This document shows, piece after piece, positions 1 through 8,714 of a stretch of 64,000 nt of DNA. The stretch covers positions 6,400-70,399 of the forward strand of contig JAFAXX010000154.1 in NCBI GenBank assembly GCA_019240655.1, written 5' to 3'. How positions within the stretch are numbered: the first letter of the stretch is position 1; every line of letters starts with the position of its first letter. The notes below the pieces were generated by a model. That model made no database searches. It was not told where the DNA came from and saw only the letters and a program-made list of their open reading frames with translations. The stretch is from Solirubrobacterales bacterium (lineage in GTDB: Bacteria > Actinomycetota > Thermoleophilia > Solirubrobacterales > Solirubrobacteraceae). The translations under genes and the position numbers were made by a program.

Positions 1-78
1 ACCCGTATGCGCACGCGCGCAGGGCGTCTCACCCTCAAGCGCCGGCGGGCAAAGGGCCGTAAGCGACTGACGGTCTGA
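1..78 (+). CDS. rpmH: 50S ribosomal protein L34, C-terminal part (gene runs off the 5' edge)
   Basis: Frame 1 reads TRMRTRAGRLTLKRRRAKGRKRLTV-stop, the conserved basic L34 tail. The TGA at 76-78 overlaps the rnpA ATG at 78, the classic rpmH-rnpA arrangement. Confidence 0.85.
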   Translation, partial: TRMRTRAGRLTLKRRRAKGRKRLTV

Positions 79-527
79 TGGCTTTTGCGCCAGGCGTCCG
101 GCCGAGGCCAGGACGAGGCCGGTTGTCGCGCAGCGCCGACTTCGACCGGGTCTTTCGCAGTGGCCGCGCTCACGCCGGTCGTGAGTTCGTGCTGTACGTG
201 TTCCCGCGCGGCGAGGCGGCACCGCCGCGGCTCGGGCTCTCGGTGTCCCGGAAGGTTGGAGGTGCGGTAGACCGAAATAAGGTTAAACGCCTTCTCCGCG
301 AGGCTTTCGCGGTCGAGAGCGCCGCTCTCCCGCCAGGTATCGATGCGGTGGTGGTCGCTCGCCAGGATGCCCGTACGTTGGCCGAGCGGGAAGGGCTGGC
401 CGGCGTCCGCCGAGCCCTCCGGGAGTTGATCGCGAGGGCCAGCTCGGGCGGCGGGATGTCCGCGGATACCGCCGAGCCGACGGGTGCGCCGGCCGGCTTG
501 AAGCCGCATGAGGCGGCGCTCAGATGA
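78..527 (+). CDS. rnpA: Ribonuclease P protein component
   Basis: 149-aa [18 protein letters not shown]...EFVLYV...[26 protein letters not shown] matches the RnpA signature region. It lies directly after rpmH. Confidence 0.9.
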   Translation: MAFAPGVRPRPGRGRLSRSADFDRVFRSGRAHAGREFVLYVFPRGEAAPPRLGLSVSRKVGGAVDRNKVKRLLREAFAVESAALPPGIDAVVVARQDARTLAEREGLAGVRRALRELIARASSGGGMSADTAEPTGAPAGLKPHEAALR

Positions 528-784
528 CCAGCGTCAGGAGGCTTCCGATCGGCGTCATCCGGCTCTATCAGCGTGCGATTGCTCCGGCCTTTGGCCCACG
601 GTGCCGGTACTACCCTTCGTGCTCTGAGTACGCCGCGCAGGCGATCGAGAGATTCGGCATACTGCGCGGACTCCTCCTGGCCGGGTGGCGACTGCTTCGC
701 TGCAACCCTCTGAGTCACGGGGGCTTCGACCCCGTCGACGATCAGCGGCTGTTCAAGTCCCGAGCCCCCGCCGCGAGCGTTTGA
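524..784 (+). CDS. yidD: Membrane protein insertion efficiency factor YidD
   Basis: 86 aa. [49 protein letters not shown] is the YidD consensus. ATGA overlap with the rnpA stop. Confidence 0.9.
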   Translation: MTSVRRLPIGVIRLYQRAIAPAFGPRCRYYPSCSEYAAQAIERFGILRGLLLAGWRLLRCNPLSHGGFDPVDDQRLFKSRAPAASV

Positions 785-786
785 GC

Positions 787-1770
787 ATGTTCATCGCCGC
801 CAACATCTTCCAGCCGCTGATCGATGTCTTCGAAGCGGTCCTGAACTTCTTCCACAACAGTCTCGGCGTTCCATGGGGCTGGGCGATCGTGTTGCTCACC
901 GTGGTGGTTCGTGCGGTGCTGCTACCGCTGACGCTCAAGCAGTTCCACTCGATGCAGCGCCTCCAGCGCCTGCAGCCCGAGATGAAGGCGCTTCAGCAGA
1001 AGTACAAAGACGACAAGCAGCGCCAGCAGCAGGAGCTCATGAAGTTCTACCGGGAGAACCAGGTGAATCCGTTCGCCTCCTGCCTCCCGCTGGCGGCGCA
1101 GATTCCGGTGTTCATCTCGCTGTTCTACATGCTGCGATCGACGCTGCGCCACGACATCTGTCCCGCGCTGAATCCAGCCCACGCGGCTCACACCGTTCCC
1201 TGCGGAGCCAACCACGGCGCGAGCTTCCTATTCATTCCGGATCTCACCGACAAGGCCACGGGCGCCGTGCTCGTCGTGCTGATCCTGCTGTACGTCGGCA
1301 CACAGCTGGCTTCCACGGTGATGATGTCGAGCCCGACGATGGACAAGACCCAGCGTCAGATCATGATGCTGATGCCGCTGTTCTTCGTGATCTTCATCAT
1401 CAGCTTCCCCGCCGGGGTGATCGTCTACTGGATCACGACCAACACGTGGACGATCCTTCAGCAGTACTTCGTAAAAAGAAGACTTGGACCGATGACACCG
1501 CCGGTCCCCGTCCCCGCCGTCACAAACGACGTTGGCCCGCCACGGGCGACGACACGCGACGGGGCCGGTAGCGCCTCGGGGGCGAACGGGGCCGGCAGCG
1601 GCGGGCTCGGCGCACTGCTCCGCAGCCGCCTGAAATCGGAGGACGAGAAGGAGGCACCGGCAGCCGAGCGGACGGGCGCCGTGGCCAGCGGCCGTCCGCG
1701 CGAGCGGCGCGCCACCGCGCCACCGCCACCGCCGCGCAAGAAGAAGAAGCGTTCCGGCCGGCGCAGGTAG
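787..1770 (+). CDS. yidC: Membrane protein insertase YidC
   Basis: I chose ATG 787, 3 nt after the yidD stop; the 685-start ORF overlaps yidD. The multi-TM core contains LLPLTLKQFHSMQRLQRLQPEMKALQQKYKDDKQRQQQELMKFYRENQVNPFASCLP and has a basic C-tail (PPPPPRKKKKRSGRRR). Confidence 0.9.
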   Translation: MFIAANIFQPLIDVFEAVLNFFHNSLGVPWGWAIVLLTVVVRAVLLPLTLKQFHSMQRLQRLQPEMKALQQKYKDDKQRQQQELMKFYRENQVNPFASCLPLAAQIPVFISLFYMLRSTLRHDICPALNPAHAAHTVPCGANHGASFLFIPDLTDKATGAVLVVLILLYVGTQLASTVMMSSPTMDKTQRQIMMLMPLFFVIFIISFPAGVIVYWITTNTWTILQQYFVKRRLGPMTPPVPVPAVTNDVGPPRATTRDGAGSASGANGAGSGGLGALLRSRLKSEDEKEAPAAERTGAVASGRPRERRATAPPPPPRKKKKRSGRRR

Positions 1771-1781
1771 GTGAACGCGGT

Positions 1782-2237
1782 GTGACTGAACCAGCCACTC
1801 GGCTGTACGACCTGCTGCAACGAATCGTCGCCGACACGGATATCGAGGCGAGGGTCGAGGTTCACGAGGACCCCGATGGGCTGATCGGCGAGTTCTTTGG
1901 TGAAGACCTCGGGCGCCTGATCGGCCATCACGGCCAGACCATCGATGCGATCCAGCACCTCGCCTACCGGATCGCCTACCGCGGGACGCAGGCGCGCAAA
2001 CGGGTCATCGTCGACGCGGCGGGATATCGCGAGCGGCGGGCGGTAGCGCTACGCGCCGCCGCCGATCAGGCGGCGGAGGCGGCCGTGCACGACGGCCGCC
2101 CGGTCGCGCTCGAGGCGATGTCGGCGCTCGAGCGCAAGGTGGTGCACGAGCACCTGAAGGCCCGGCACGACGTCGAAACGTACAGCGAGGGCGAGGAGCC
2201 GGGTCGTCGTCTCGTCGTGGCGCCGCTCGTCGGCTGA
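1782..2237 (+). CDS. jag: Jag/KhpB-like RNA-binding protein (KH + R3H)
   Basis: 151 aa with a KH-like segment (LIGHHGQTIDAIQHL) and an R3H-like segment (LERKVVHEHL...ETYSEGEEPGRRLVV). It holds the conserved position after yidC. Confidence 0.8.
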   Translation: MTEPATRLYDLLQRIVADTDIEARVEVHEDPDGLIGEFFGEDLGRLIGHHGQTIDAIQHLAYRIAYRGTQARKRVIVDAAGYRERRAVALRAAADQAAEAAVHDGRPVALEAMSALERKVVHEHLKARHDVETYSEGEEPGRRLVVAPLVG

Positions 2238-2277
2238 CTCCCCGCTGTCGCGGACGGCTTGCACGGACGTCTCCGAC

Positions 2278-2304
2278 GTTTCACGTTTTTCTTGACGGTG
2301 AAAC
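2278..2304. promoter_or_regulatory. parS-like half-sites as an inverted repeat (GTTTCAC-13 nt-GTGAAAC)
   Basis: GTTTCACGT (2278-2286) and GTGAAACA (2298-2305) match the two halves of the canonical parS TGTTTCACGTGAAACA, but a 13-nt T-rich spacer separates them. They sit in an unusually AT-rich intergenic patch upstream of the parAB operon. Confidence 0.3.
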
Positions 2305-2321
2305 ACTTCACGCGATAGAAC
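2292..2321 (+). promoter_or_regulatory. Candidate sigma-70 promoter (TTGACG-18 nt-TAGAAC)
   Basis: -35-like TTGACG at 2292-2297 and -10-like TAGAAC at 2316-2321, in the only AT-rich stretch between jag and the next ORF. Confidence 0.3.
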
Positions 2322-2340
2322 GCCCTGCATGACAAAACCC

Positions 2341-2400
2341 CTCTGCCGAGGTGATGGCGAGGCCTCTAGCGAGGCGATGGCGAGGCCCTCTGCCGAGGCG
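2341..2400. repeat. Imperfect tandem repeat, about 23.5-bp period, about 2.5 copies
   Basis: CTCTGCCGAGG recurs at 2341 and 2388. GAGGTGATGGCGAGGCCTCT is followed by GAGGCGATGGCGAGGCCCTCT. Confidence 0.8.
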
Positions 2401-2461
2401 CGGGCCAGTGCTGTGCCGAGGCGCGAACATTGCGGCACGCCACTGTCACAGTGAGCCGGCG

Positions 2462-2824
2462 ATGACGGACCTGAACGACTTCGACCGTGGCCTCGTACTC
2501 GGGCTGCTGATCGGGGAGGGCTCGTTCGGCGGCGACGGCAAGCAGCCCCAGGTCACGCTTCGCATGCATACCCGGCACGAGGCGGTGTTTCGGTGGCTCG
2601 TCGATCGCTTCCCGGGCTCACGGTTGTACGGGCCATACCACCACGGGGGACGCTCCTACTTCCAGTGGATGGCGCGGGGGCCTGTCTTGGTCCGAGACCT
2701 GCTGCCGTTGCTCGACTGCGAGCTGCATGACGGACTGGACGGCCACGCTGCGGAGCGTTTCGCCGCGATGCGGACGCGCTATGCGGCGTACATCGACCGG
2801 GAGCGAGCCCGGGCCGAGCCGTGA
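2462..2824 (+). CDS. Free-standing LAGLIDADG homing-endonuclease-like protein (single motif, about 120 aa)
   Basis: From ATG 2462: MTDLNDFDRGLVLGLLIGEGSFGGDGKQPQVTLRMHTRHEAVFRWLVDRFPGSRLYG...YFQWMARGPVLVRDLLPLL. GLLIGEGSF is a LAGLIDADG dodecapeptide, and the downstream pattern fits the LAGLIDADG fold. The stop overlaps the rsmG ORF start (GTGA). Confidence 0.7.
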   Translation: MTDLNDFDRGLVLGLLIGEGSFGGDGKQPQVTLRMHTRHEAVFRWLVDRFPGSRLYGPYHHGGRSYFQWMARGPVLVRDLLPLLDCELHDGLDGHAAERFAAMRTRYAAYIDRERARAEP

Positions 2825-3633
2825 GCGGATCTCGGGCCCAGGCCTCGGATGGTCGCTCCGCGCCGAGCGCCGGCCTTGGGTCTCGCGATGCCGGTGTGGG
2901 CGAGTCTCGCGATGCCGGTGTTCGAGAGCCTCGCACCGCGCGCGAGATCGAGCGGCTGGGTGGCCGCTACGGCCTGGACCCGCAGGCCGGCGCGCAACTT
3001 GCCTGCCTGGTTGACTCGCTCGTGTCCGATACCCATGCCCCCACCGCGGTACGCGAGCCGTCGCGGGTGGTCGACGATCATCTCGCCGACTCGCTCGTCG
3101 CCATCGAGCTCGAAGAGATCCGCGTCGCCGCGTCGATCGCTGACATCGGGTCGGGCGCGGGGCTACCCGGGCTGCCCCTGGCGGTCGCTAGGCCGGAGGC
3201 GCGGGTGTTCCTGGTCGAGAGCGCAAGCCGCAAGTGTGCGTATCTGGAGGGTCTGCTGGCGCGGTGTTCGATCGCCAATTGCGAGGTGATCCACGCCCGC
3301 GTGGAAACGTGGACGAGCGGGCGGAACCGCCTCGACGTCGTCACCGCCCGAGCCGTGGCCGCGCTACCGGTCGTGCTCGAGTACGCCGCTCCGTTGCTCA
3401 GAGTCGGTGGAACCCTCGTAGCGTGGCGTGGTCGCCGTGACCCGGACGAGGACCGGGCAGCCGCCGATGCGGCGGCTGCACTCGGGATGGGCGCGGTGGC
3501 GATTCATCGCGTGCATCCCTACCAGGACGCCGAGCACCGTCACCTCCACGTCTGGGTCAAGGCTCTGGAAACACCGGCGCGCTTCCCGCGACGGCCCGGA
3601 ATGGCCGCCAAGCGCCCACTCGGCGGCCGCTGA
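2821..3633 (+). CDS. rsmG: 16S rRNA (guanine527-N7)-methyltransferase RsmG/GidB
   Basis: HLADSL...IADIGSGAGLPGLPLAVARPEARVFLVESASRKCAYLE...VIHARVE is the RsmG SAM-methyltransferase core, upstream of parAB. The start is uncertain: GTG 2821 (GTGA overlap) or GTG 2896, which lies within the 24-bp repeat at 2880-2921. Confidence 0.85.
   Translation: MSGSRAQASDGRSAPSAGLGSRDAGVGESRDAGVREPRTAREIERLGGRYGLDPQAGAQLACLVDSLVSDTHAPTAVREPSRVVDDHLADSLVAIELEEIRVAASIADIGSGAGLPGLPLAVARPEARVFLVESASRKCAYLEGLLARCSIANCEVIHARVETWTSGRNRLDVVTARAVAALPVVLEYAAPLLRVGGTLVAWRGRRDPDEDRAAADAAAALGMGAVAIHRVHPYQDAEHRHLHVWVKALETPARFPRRPGMAAKRPLGGR
2880..2921. repeat. Two exact 18-mers (GTCTCGCGATGCCGGTGT) with a 24-bp period
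   Basis: Copies at 2880-2897 and 2904-2921. If translated they give SRDAGVGE/SRDAGVRE in the rsmG N-terminal extension. Confidence 0.9.
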
Positions 3634-3791
3634 GCTGCCCGTGTGTCCGGGCCGCGCCGGGGCTTTCTGTGGCCCGGACCCAGCAAACGCCGGCGAGGTA
3701 CGTCCCGTCGCAATCGCGCAAGCATCACCGTGCAAGCCGGGGTTCGCGGCGGAGCGATCTGACCGCCGGCGGCGCTAGCTTGACGCACCGT

Positions 3792-4550
3792 ATGGGGACC
3801 GTGTACGCGATCGCCAACCAGAAGGGCGGGGTTGGCAAGACCACGACGGCCGTCAACCTCGCGGCGTGCGTGGCCGAAGCCGGATACGAATCGCTGCTCA
3901 TCGACATCGATCCCCAGGCCAATGCCACCATCGGCCTCGGGATCGCCAAGGACGCGCACCCCAACGTGTACGACCTGTTGGTCGGCGACGTTGAGCTCGC
4001 CGACATCGTGGTCGAGACGTCGATCGGGAGTTTGGCGCTGGCCCCCGCCAGTCCGGATCTCGCCGGCGCGACGGTGGAGTTGCCGAGGATTGCCGGCTCC
4101 GAGACCCGGCTGCGTGATGCGCTGGCGGGGGTCCGGTCCCGCTATACGTTCACGCTCCTCGATTGCCCTCCGTCCCTCGGGCCGCTCACGGTCAACGCGC
4201 TCGTCGCCGCCGATCGCGTAATCGTCCCGGTCCAGGCCGAGTACTTCGCCCTCGAGGGACTGGCTGGCCTCCTCGATACGCTTTCTCTGGTGCAGCGCGA
4301 GCTGAATCCGCGGCTGACCGTGGCCGGGATGTTGCTCACCATGCACGACCACCGGACTCGGCTCGCACAGGACGTCGAGCAGGAAATCCGTGAACACTTT
4401 CCCGAACTGGTGTTCGATACGGTGATCCCGCGTAACGTGCGGGTCGGCGAAGCGCCCAGCTTCGGCAAGCCGGTAATCCACCACGACCCACACTGTGCCG
4501 GCTCGGACGCCTACTTCGCGCTCGCCAAGGAGGTCGCCGCCCGTGGCTGA
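3792..4550 (+). CDS. parA: Chromosome partitioning ATPase ParA/Soj
   Basis: From ATG 3792: MGTVYAIANQKGGVGKTTTAVNLAA (deviant Walker A), then IDIDPQANAT and VPRNVRVGEAPSFGKPV. Confidence 0.9.
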   Translation: MGTVYAIANQKGGVGKTTTAVNLAACVAEAGYESLLIDIDPQANATIGLGIAKDAHPNVYDLLVGDVELADIVVETSIGSLALAPASPDLAGATVELPRIAGSETRLRDALAGVRSRYTFTLLDCPPSLGPLTVNALVAADRVIVPVQAEYFALEGLAGLLDTLSLVQRELNPRLTVAGMLLTMHDHRTRLAQDVEQEIREHFPELVFDTVIPRNVRVGEAPSFGKPVIHHDPHCAGSDAYFALAKEVAARG

Positions 4551-5433
4551 ACGATCCAAAGGCATGGGACGGGGGCTGGCGGCGATCCTGTCGGTGGCTC
4601 CGCGCGACGACCTCGAGGAGCTTCGTCAGATTCCTGTCGACCTGATCGCACCGAGTCCGCACCAGCCCCGGCGGACGATCGACGAGGACGGGCTGATCGC
4701 GCTGGCGGAGTCGATCCGCGTCCGCGGTGTGCTCCAGCCGGTCTTGGTACGTCCTCTGGCCGGCGGGCGCTACGAGCTGGTCGCCGGTGAGCGACGCTGG
4801 CGTGCCGCGACTGCGGCCGGACTGGCGGCGATTCCGGCGCTGGTCCGGCACCACGACGATGCGGCGTCACTCGAAGTGGCGCTGATCGAGAACATGGCGC
4901 GGGAGGATCTCAACCCGGTCGAGGAGGCACGAGCCTGCGCCGCGCTCATCGAGGAGCTCGGCCTGACACGAGAGGACGTCGGACTAAGGGTCGGGCGCAG
5001 CCGCGTGGCGGTCTCGAACTTGATCCGGCTGCTTGACCTGCCCGACGACGCTCTCGAGCTGATTGAACGCGGTGAGTTGAGCGAGGGCCACGGCCGCGCG
5101 CTGCTGTTGGCCGAGGACCATGCCGCGCGCCGTAGCCTGGCCCGCTCCGCCGCCCACGGACACTGGTCAGTCCGGGAGCTGGAAGCGCGAGCACGGCAGA
5201 CGGTCGCCGGACCCGCGCCGTCTCGCTCTCGCCGGCGCCCGCGCGCGAGCCCGCTTCACCCCGATCAAGAGGCGGCGATCGAGCGCATCCTCGACGGCCT
5301 CGGGTCCGCGCTCGGGCGCGAAATCGAGGTGACTCCCGCACGGGCGGGCGGCTACCGGGTCCAGGTGACCTTCGATTCGCTCGACGACGCGCTCGAGTTG
5401 GCCCGTCGCCTTAATGTGCGGCCAGCCGCCTGA
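4543..5433 (+). CDS. parB: Chromosome partitioning protein ParB/Spo0J
   Basis: Contains GRGLAAIL, PHQPRR, LAESIRVRGVLQPVLVR, YELVAGERRWRAA and an HTH (LTREDVGLRVGRSRVAVSNLIRLL). The start is GTG 4543 (overlaps the parA stop) or ATG 4564. Confidence 0.9.
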   Translation: MAERSKGMGRGLAAILSVAPRDDLEELRQIPVDLIAPSPHQPRRTIDEDGLIALAESIRVRGVLQPVLVRPLAGGRYELVAGERRWRAATAAGLAAIPALVRHHDDAASLEVALIENMAREDLNPVEEARACAALIEELGLTREDVGLRVGRSRVAVSNLIRLLDLPDDALELIERGELSEGHGRALLLAEDHAARRSLARSAAHGHWSVRELEARARQTVAGPAPSRSRRRPRASPLHPDQEAAIERILDGLGSALGREIEVTPARAGGYRVQVTFDSLDDALELARRLNVRPAA

Positions 5434-5438
5434 GAGGA

Positions 5439-5460
5439 GGTGGGCACCCGGCGGCCCACC
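5439..5460 (+). terminator. Hairpin after parB (GGTGGGC-8 nt loop-GCCCACC)
   Basis: Perfect 7-bp GC-rich stem 6 nt after the parB stop. There is no U-tract. Confidence 0.4.
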
Positions 5461-5513
5461 GGCTCATCGCGCCGCATCCGCGGGTTCGCCGCCCCGGGTA
5501 GAATCGGCGGTAC

Positions 5514-5587
<74 letters not shown>

Positions 5588-5762
5588 CTCATCAATTTCC
5601 CCGCATTTCGCGACGTTTACCCTCGGCGTCGGCGACGAGCTTGTCGAGGATCTCCCGAAGGCGCCGCTGGCCGCTCCACGAGCTCAGAGGATCTGCTGCT
5701 GCGGCCCGCGTTGATGCCCCGCCCCAACCATGATGGCTTCGATTCGCCTGGCCAACGGCGTC

Positions 5763-6083
5763 CTACTCCAGCCATTCGCCGATCACGGTGGGGTTGGCGT
5801 GGATGCAGACGAGTTGCGAGGGACCTGGACCCTCGTTGGTGAACTTGTGGGGGGCGCCGGCCGGGATGATCACGACGTCGCCTGGGCCGGCGCGATGGCG
5901 CCCGTCGCCGGCCTGGAAAGCGACGTTGCCTTCGACGACGACCCAAGTCTCGTCATAGGGGTGGCGGTGGAGCCGTGGTCCCATACCGGCGTCGCTGTAA
6001 TCGAGGATCAAGGAGATCGTCGCTCCATGCGCGGCACCTTCGATCTGCGCCGTTTCGAGCGGGTTGGTGTTGATCACCGACAT
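5763..6083 (-). CDS. Cupin domain protein
   Basis: 106 aa. GPRLHRHPYDETWVVVEGNVAF....GDVVIIPAGAPHKFTNEG is the two-motif cupin signature. Confidence 0.8.
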   Translation of the reverse strand: MSVINTNPLETAQIEGAAHGATISLILDYSDAGMGPRLHRHPYDETWVVVEGNVAFQAGDGRHRAGPGDVVIIPAGAPHKFTNEGPGPSQLVCIHANPTVIGEWLE

Positions 6084-6201
6084 CGTTCCTCCTGCTCGTC
6101 GTGGTTCGTGGAGAGCTCACCGGCCGGAGCGATGAAACCCTGGGTTGACCGCCGTGAAGACGCCTCGTGATAATCCGCCGTGTCACGTCGGAAGGGGTTA
6201 C

Positions 6202-6522
6202 ATGCCGAAGTATCTCGTCCAGGGCGCCTACACGTCCGCGGGGGCGAAGGGAGTCATCTCGGAGGGTGGATCGAGCCGCCGGGAAGCAATCGTCAAGGCC
6301 GCCGAGGCTGCGGGCGGGAGCGTCGACTGCCTGTACTTTGCGTTTGGCGACGACGACGTTCTCGTGATATTCGATGTTCCCGATAACGTGTCAGCCGCAT
6401 CGGTGAGCATGACGGCCGCGGCGAGCGGGCTGGTCAACCCGAAGACCACCGTACTGCTCTCAGCGGAGGAGATCGACGAGGCGGCGCGCAGGTCGGTGTC
6501 CTACCGGGGCCCCGGCGAGTAG
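6202..6522 (+). CDS. GYD-family protein
   Basis: From ATG 6202: MPKYLVQGAYTSAGAKGVI..GGSSRREAIVKAAEAAGGSVDCLYFAFGDDDVLVIFDVPDN, typical of the GYD domain. Confidence 0.8.
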   Translation: MPKYLVQGAYTSAGAKGVISEGGSSRREAIVKAAEAAGGSVDCLYFAFGDDDVLVIFDVPDNVSAASVSMTAAASGLVNPKTTVLLSAEEIDEAARRSVSYRGPGE

Positions 6523-6855
6523 CACGGGCGGCCGTCCAGGGTCGGTCAAACCGCCGCGCGCGGATCACCGCAGCGAGCCTACGCACCTGCCGCGGCCGAC
6601 GGCGTCGTCGTCGTTTCGGGCCGTTCGCCGATACCGACCGTGGCTAAGGTTCCGCTGTGGCCAAGCGGCGGGACGCACGGCGGTTCGGACCGGGCCCCGG
6701 CCAAGCAGGTCAACTCGATCCAGGCGTCGTTCATCCTCGACGCGGCGGATGAGCTGCCGGTCACCACCACTGCGCTGAACCTGCGCCCACCCCTTACCCG
6801 CGCTCATCCCCGCTCAGCAGCGAGTTGCCTACCCCCGGGGGTGTCGCCCGCTATT

Positions 6856-8328
6856 TCAGCGGATGCCGTCCCAAAGCCGCCGCTGTTCGGCGCGCGGGTC
6901 GGTGACCGTCTCGGTCGGCGCCGCGAAGCGGCGCACGCGCCGGTCGGGTAGGTAGGGGCTCCACCCCGGGTCGCCGTCGCGTACGAACGCGACCCAGGCG
7001 CCGTGCATCTCGTCGGCGATCTCCTGTGGCGGTCGTTCGGGTCCGGCGATCCAGGCGGTCTCCGGGTTCTCGAGGTCGTCGAAGACAAACGGGATCTCGA
7101 GGCCGTGGCACGCCCCGAGCCGTCCGCCGAACAGCGACGAGCGCCAGGCGAACTCGTACATGAACGTCGTCGCGCCGAGCTCCGCGCGGGCCTCGGCGAG
7201 CCGGATCGCGGGCACCCGGAAGAACCAATCGGTGAGCGCGCCGAGCAACACCTCGCCCGGTGCTCGATCCCTGCCGTAGGCGGCGCGAGCCTTCGCCGGA
7301 TCCGCCTTGTGCAGGGCGAGCGAGTAGCCGAGCAGCTGGTCGTTGACCAGGTCGACGAGGCCGTTTGGAACCAGGAACAGCGCGTGCTCCTCGGCCGTCG
7401 TGCCGATCAGGACGTCGACATCCCGCCCGGCGCCGGCGCGGATCGCCTCGAGCGGTAGCGTCGGCAGCACCTCGCCGTCGATCACCGGCTCGAACGGCAT
7501 TAGGTTGGTCGCGATCTCGCCCCACTTGTCGGGCAGCGGTTCGCCGCCGATCTGCTGGCTGAGTGCGGCCTGCTCGGCCACGAGCCGCTCGATCGGCACG
7601 CTGGCGAATCCCTCGGCGGTAGCCGGCACAGCGAGCCGCTCGGCCAGCGCGGCCGTGACCTTCTGCGCCGTCTGGGGCAGAATCGCATGGTTGCCGGCCC
7701 CGCTCTCGAGCACTGCCCGCCGGAAGAGCCCACGGGCGCGCGGCATGGCCATCAGCGTCGCGACGCTCATCGCCCCCGCCGATTCACCCGCGATGGTCAC
7801 CTGCGCTGGATCGCCCCCGAACGCCTCGGCGTTGTCGCGCACCCACTCGAGCGCCGCGATCTGGTCGAGGAGGCCGCGGTTGGCCACCTGACCGCCGATC
7901 AGCGCGAACCCGTCGACGCCGAGCCGATAGTTGATCGTGACGCAGACGACCCCGTCACGAGCGAACGCCGTGCCGTCGTAGCCGCTCACCGCGCCGCTGC
8001 CGTTCACGAACGCGCCACCGTGGATCCAGACCAGGACCGGCAGGCCCCGTGTGCCCGGATCGGGTGTCCACACATTGAGGTTCAGACACTCCTCGCCCGG
8101 GATCACCGGCTCCGGCAGGATCGTGTCGATCGGAGCTGGGTACGGGGGCTTGGGCGCCGTGGGCCCGTAGCGGGTCGCGTCCCGCTCGCCCTCCCAGGAC
8201 GGCGGCTCACCCGGCGCGGCGAACCGCCGCGCGCCGAACGGAGGCGGCGCATATGGCAGCCCCTTGAACGACGCCACGCCGTTTTGCCGCGATCCGCACG
8301 CCAGTCCTTGCGAGAGCTTGACACGCAT
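6856..8328 (-). CDS. Carboxylesterase type B (para-nitrobenzyl-esterase-like)
   Basis: 490 aa. Contains EDCL-like GEECLNLNVWTP, WIHGGAF and the nucleophile elbow GESAGAMS. Confidence 0.9.
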   Translation of the reverse strand: MRVKLSQGLACGSRQNGVASFKGLPYAPPPFGARRFAAPGEPPSWEGERDATRYGPTAPKPPYPAPIDTILPEPVIPGEECLNLNVWTPDPGTRGLPVLVWIHGGAFVNGSGAVSGYDGTAFARDGVVCVTINYRLGVDGFALIGGQVANRGLLDQIAALEWVRDNAEAFGGDPAQVTIAGESAGAMSVATLMAMPRARGLFRRAVLESGAGNHAILPQTAQKVTAALAERLAVPATAEGFASVPIERLVAEQAALSQQIGGEPLPDKWGEIATNLMPFEPVIDGEVLPTLPLEAIRAGAGRDVDVLIGTTAEEHALFLVPNGLVDLVNDQLLGYSLALHKADPAKARAAYGRDRAPGEVLLGALTDWFFRVPAIRLAEARAELGATTFMYEFAWRSSLFGGRLGACHGLEIPFVFDDLENPETAWIAGPERPPQEIADEMHGAWVAFVRDGDPGWSPYLPDRRVRRFAAPTETVTDPRAEQRRLWDGIR

Positions 8329-8346
8329 CCGGTGCCGGCGCCGTCG

Positions 8347-8535
8347 CTACGCGCCACCCATCCCCTCGATCACGCGCCCCGTGCCGGCACACGTGATGCA
8401 CTTCGACCCGTCGTTGGCCTTTCCGGATCCGCTGCAGGCGGGGCACAGGTTCTCGCCCACGTCCTCGGACCCTGGAGGCGCCTGGTCGCCGGGACGGAGG
8501 CCGGTTGGCGATTGCGTCGGTGAGCTCTCGGTCAT
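8347..8535 (-). CDS. Small (62 aa) protein with a DnaJ-type CxxCxGxG zinc-finger pair
   Basis: From ATG 8535: MTESSPTQ...ENLCPACSGSGKANDGSKCITCAGTGRVIEGMGGA. No obvious SD. The upstream part of the 119-aa ORF runs through the tandem repeat and looks non-coding. Confidence 0.55.
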   Translation of the reverse strand: MTESSPTQSPTGLRPGDQAPPGSEDVGENLCPACSGSGKANDGSKCITCAGTGRVIEGMGGA

Positions 8536-8565
8536 GGCGGCGCGATACCCGCGGCGGAGAGGGCT

Positions 8566-8650
8566 GAACCACGCGGCCGAAGTGATCCGAACCACGCCGC
8601 CGAAGTGATCGGAACCACGCGGCCGAAGTGATCCGAACCACGCCCGGCGA
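8566..8650. repeat. 23-bp tandem repeat, about 3.6 copies (GAACCACGCGGCCGAAGTGATCC)
   Basis: Units at 8566-8588, 8589-8611 and 8612-8634, plus a partial unit from 8635. Full units differ from each other at 1-2 positions. They lie in the divergent region between the Zn-finger ORF and the kinase. Confidence 0.9.
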
Positions 8651-8714
8651 CCTCCTCCAAGCGCGACGAGCGCCCTTCGCCGCCGGCCGTTCGCTCTGTG
8701 GCACACTCGCCGGC

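Noticed and set aside
5617-5946. A 109-aa minus-strand ORF between tRNA-Ile and the cupin gene.
   Set aside because: It is extremely Arg-rich (RRRRQRRFPGRRRAPSRRPRRRR), overlaps the cupin gene out of frame and has no family resemblance.
6523-6855. A 330-bp gap between the GYD gene and the esterase, containing only weak 63-103-aa ORFs.
   Set aside because: I found no protein motif, hairpin or repeat I could defend. It is left unannotated and could hold an sRNA or a decayed gene.
8566-8650. The 23-bp repeat array considered as a possible mini-CRISPR.
   Set aside because: The units are directly adjacent with no spacers, and there are no cas genes in the window. It is a plain tandem repeat.
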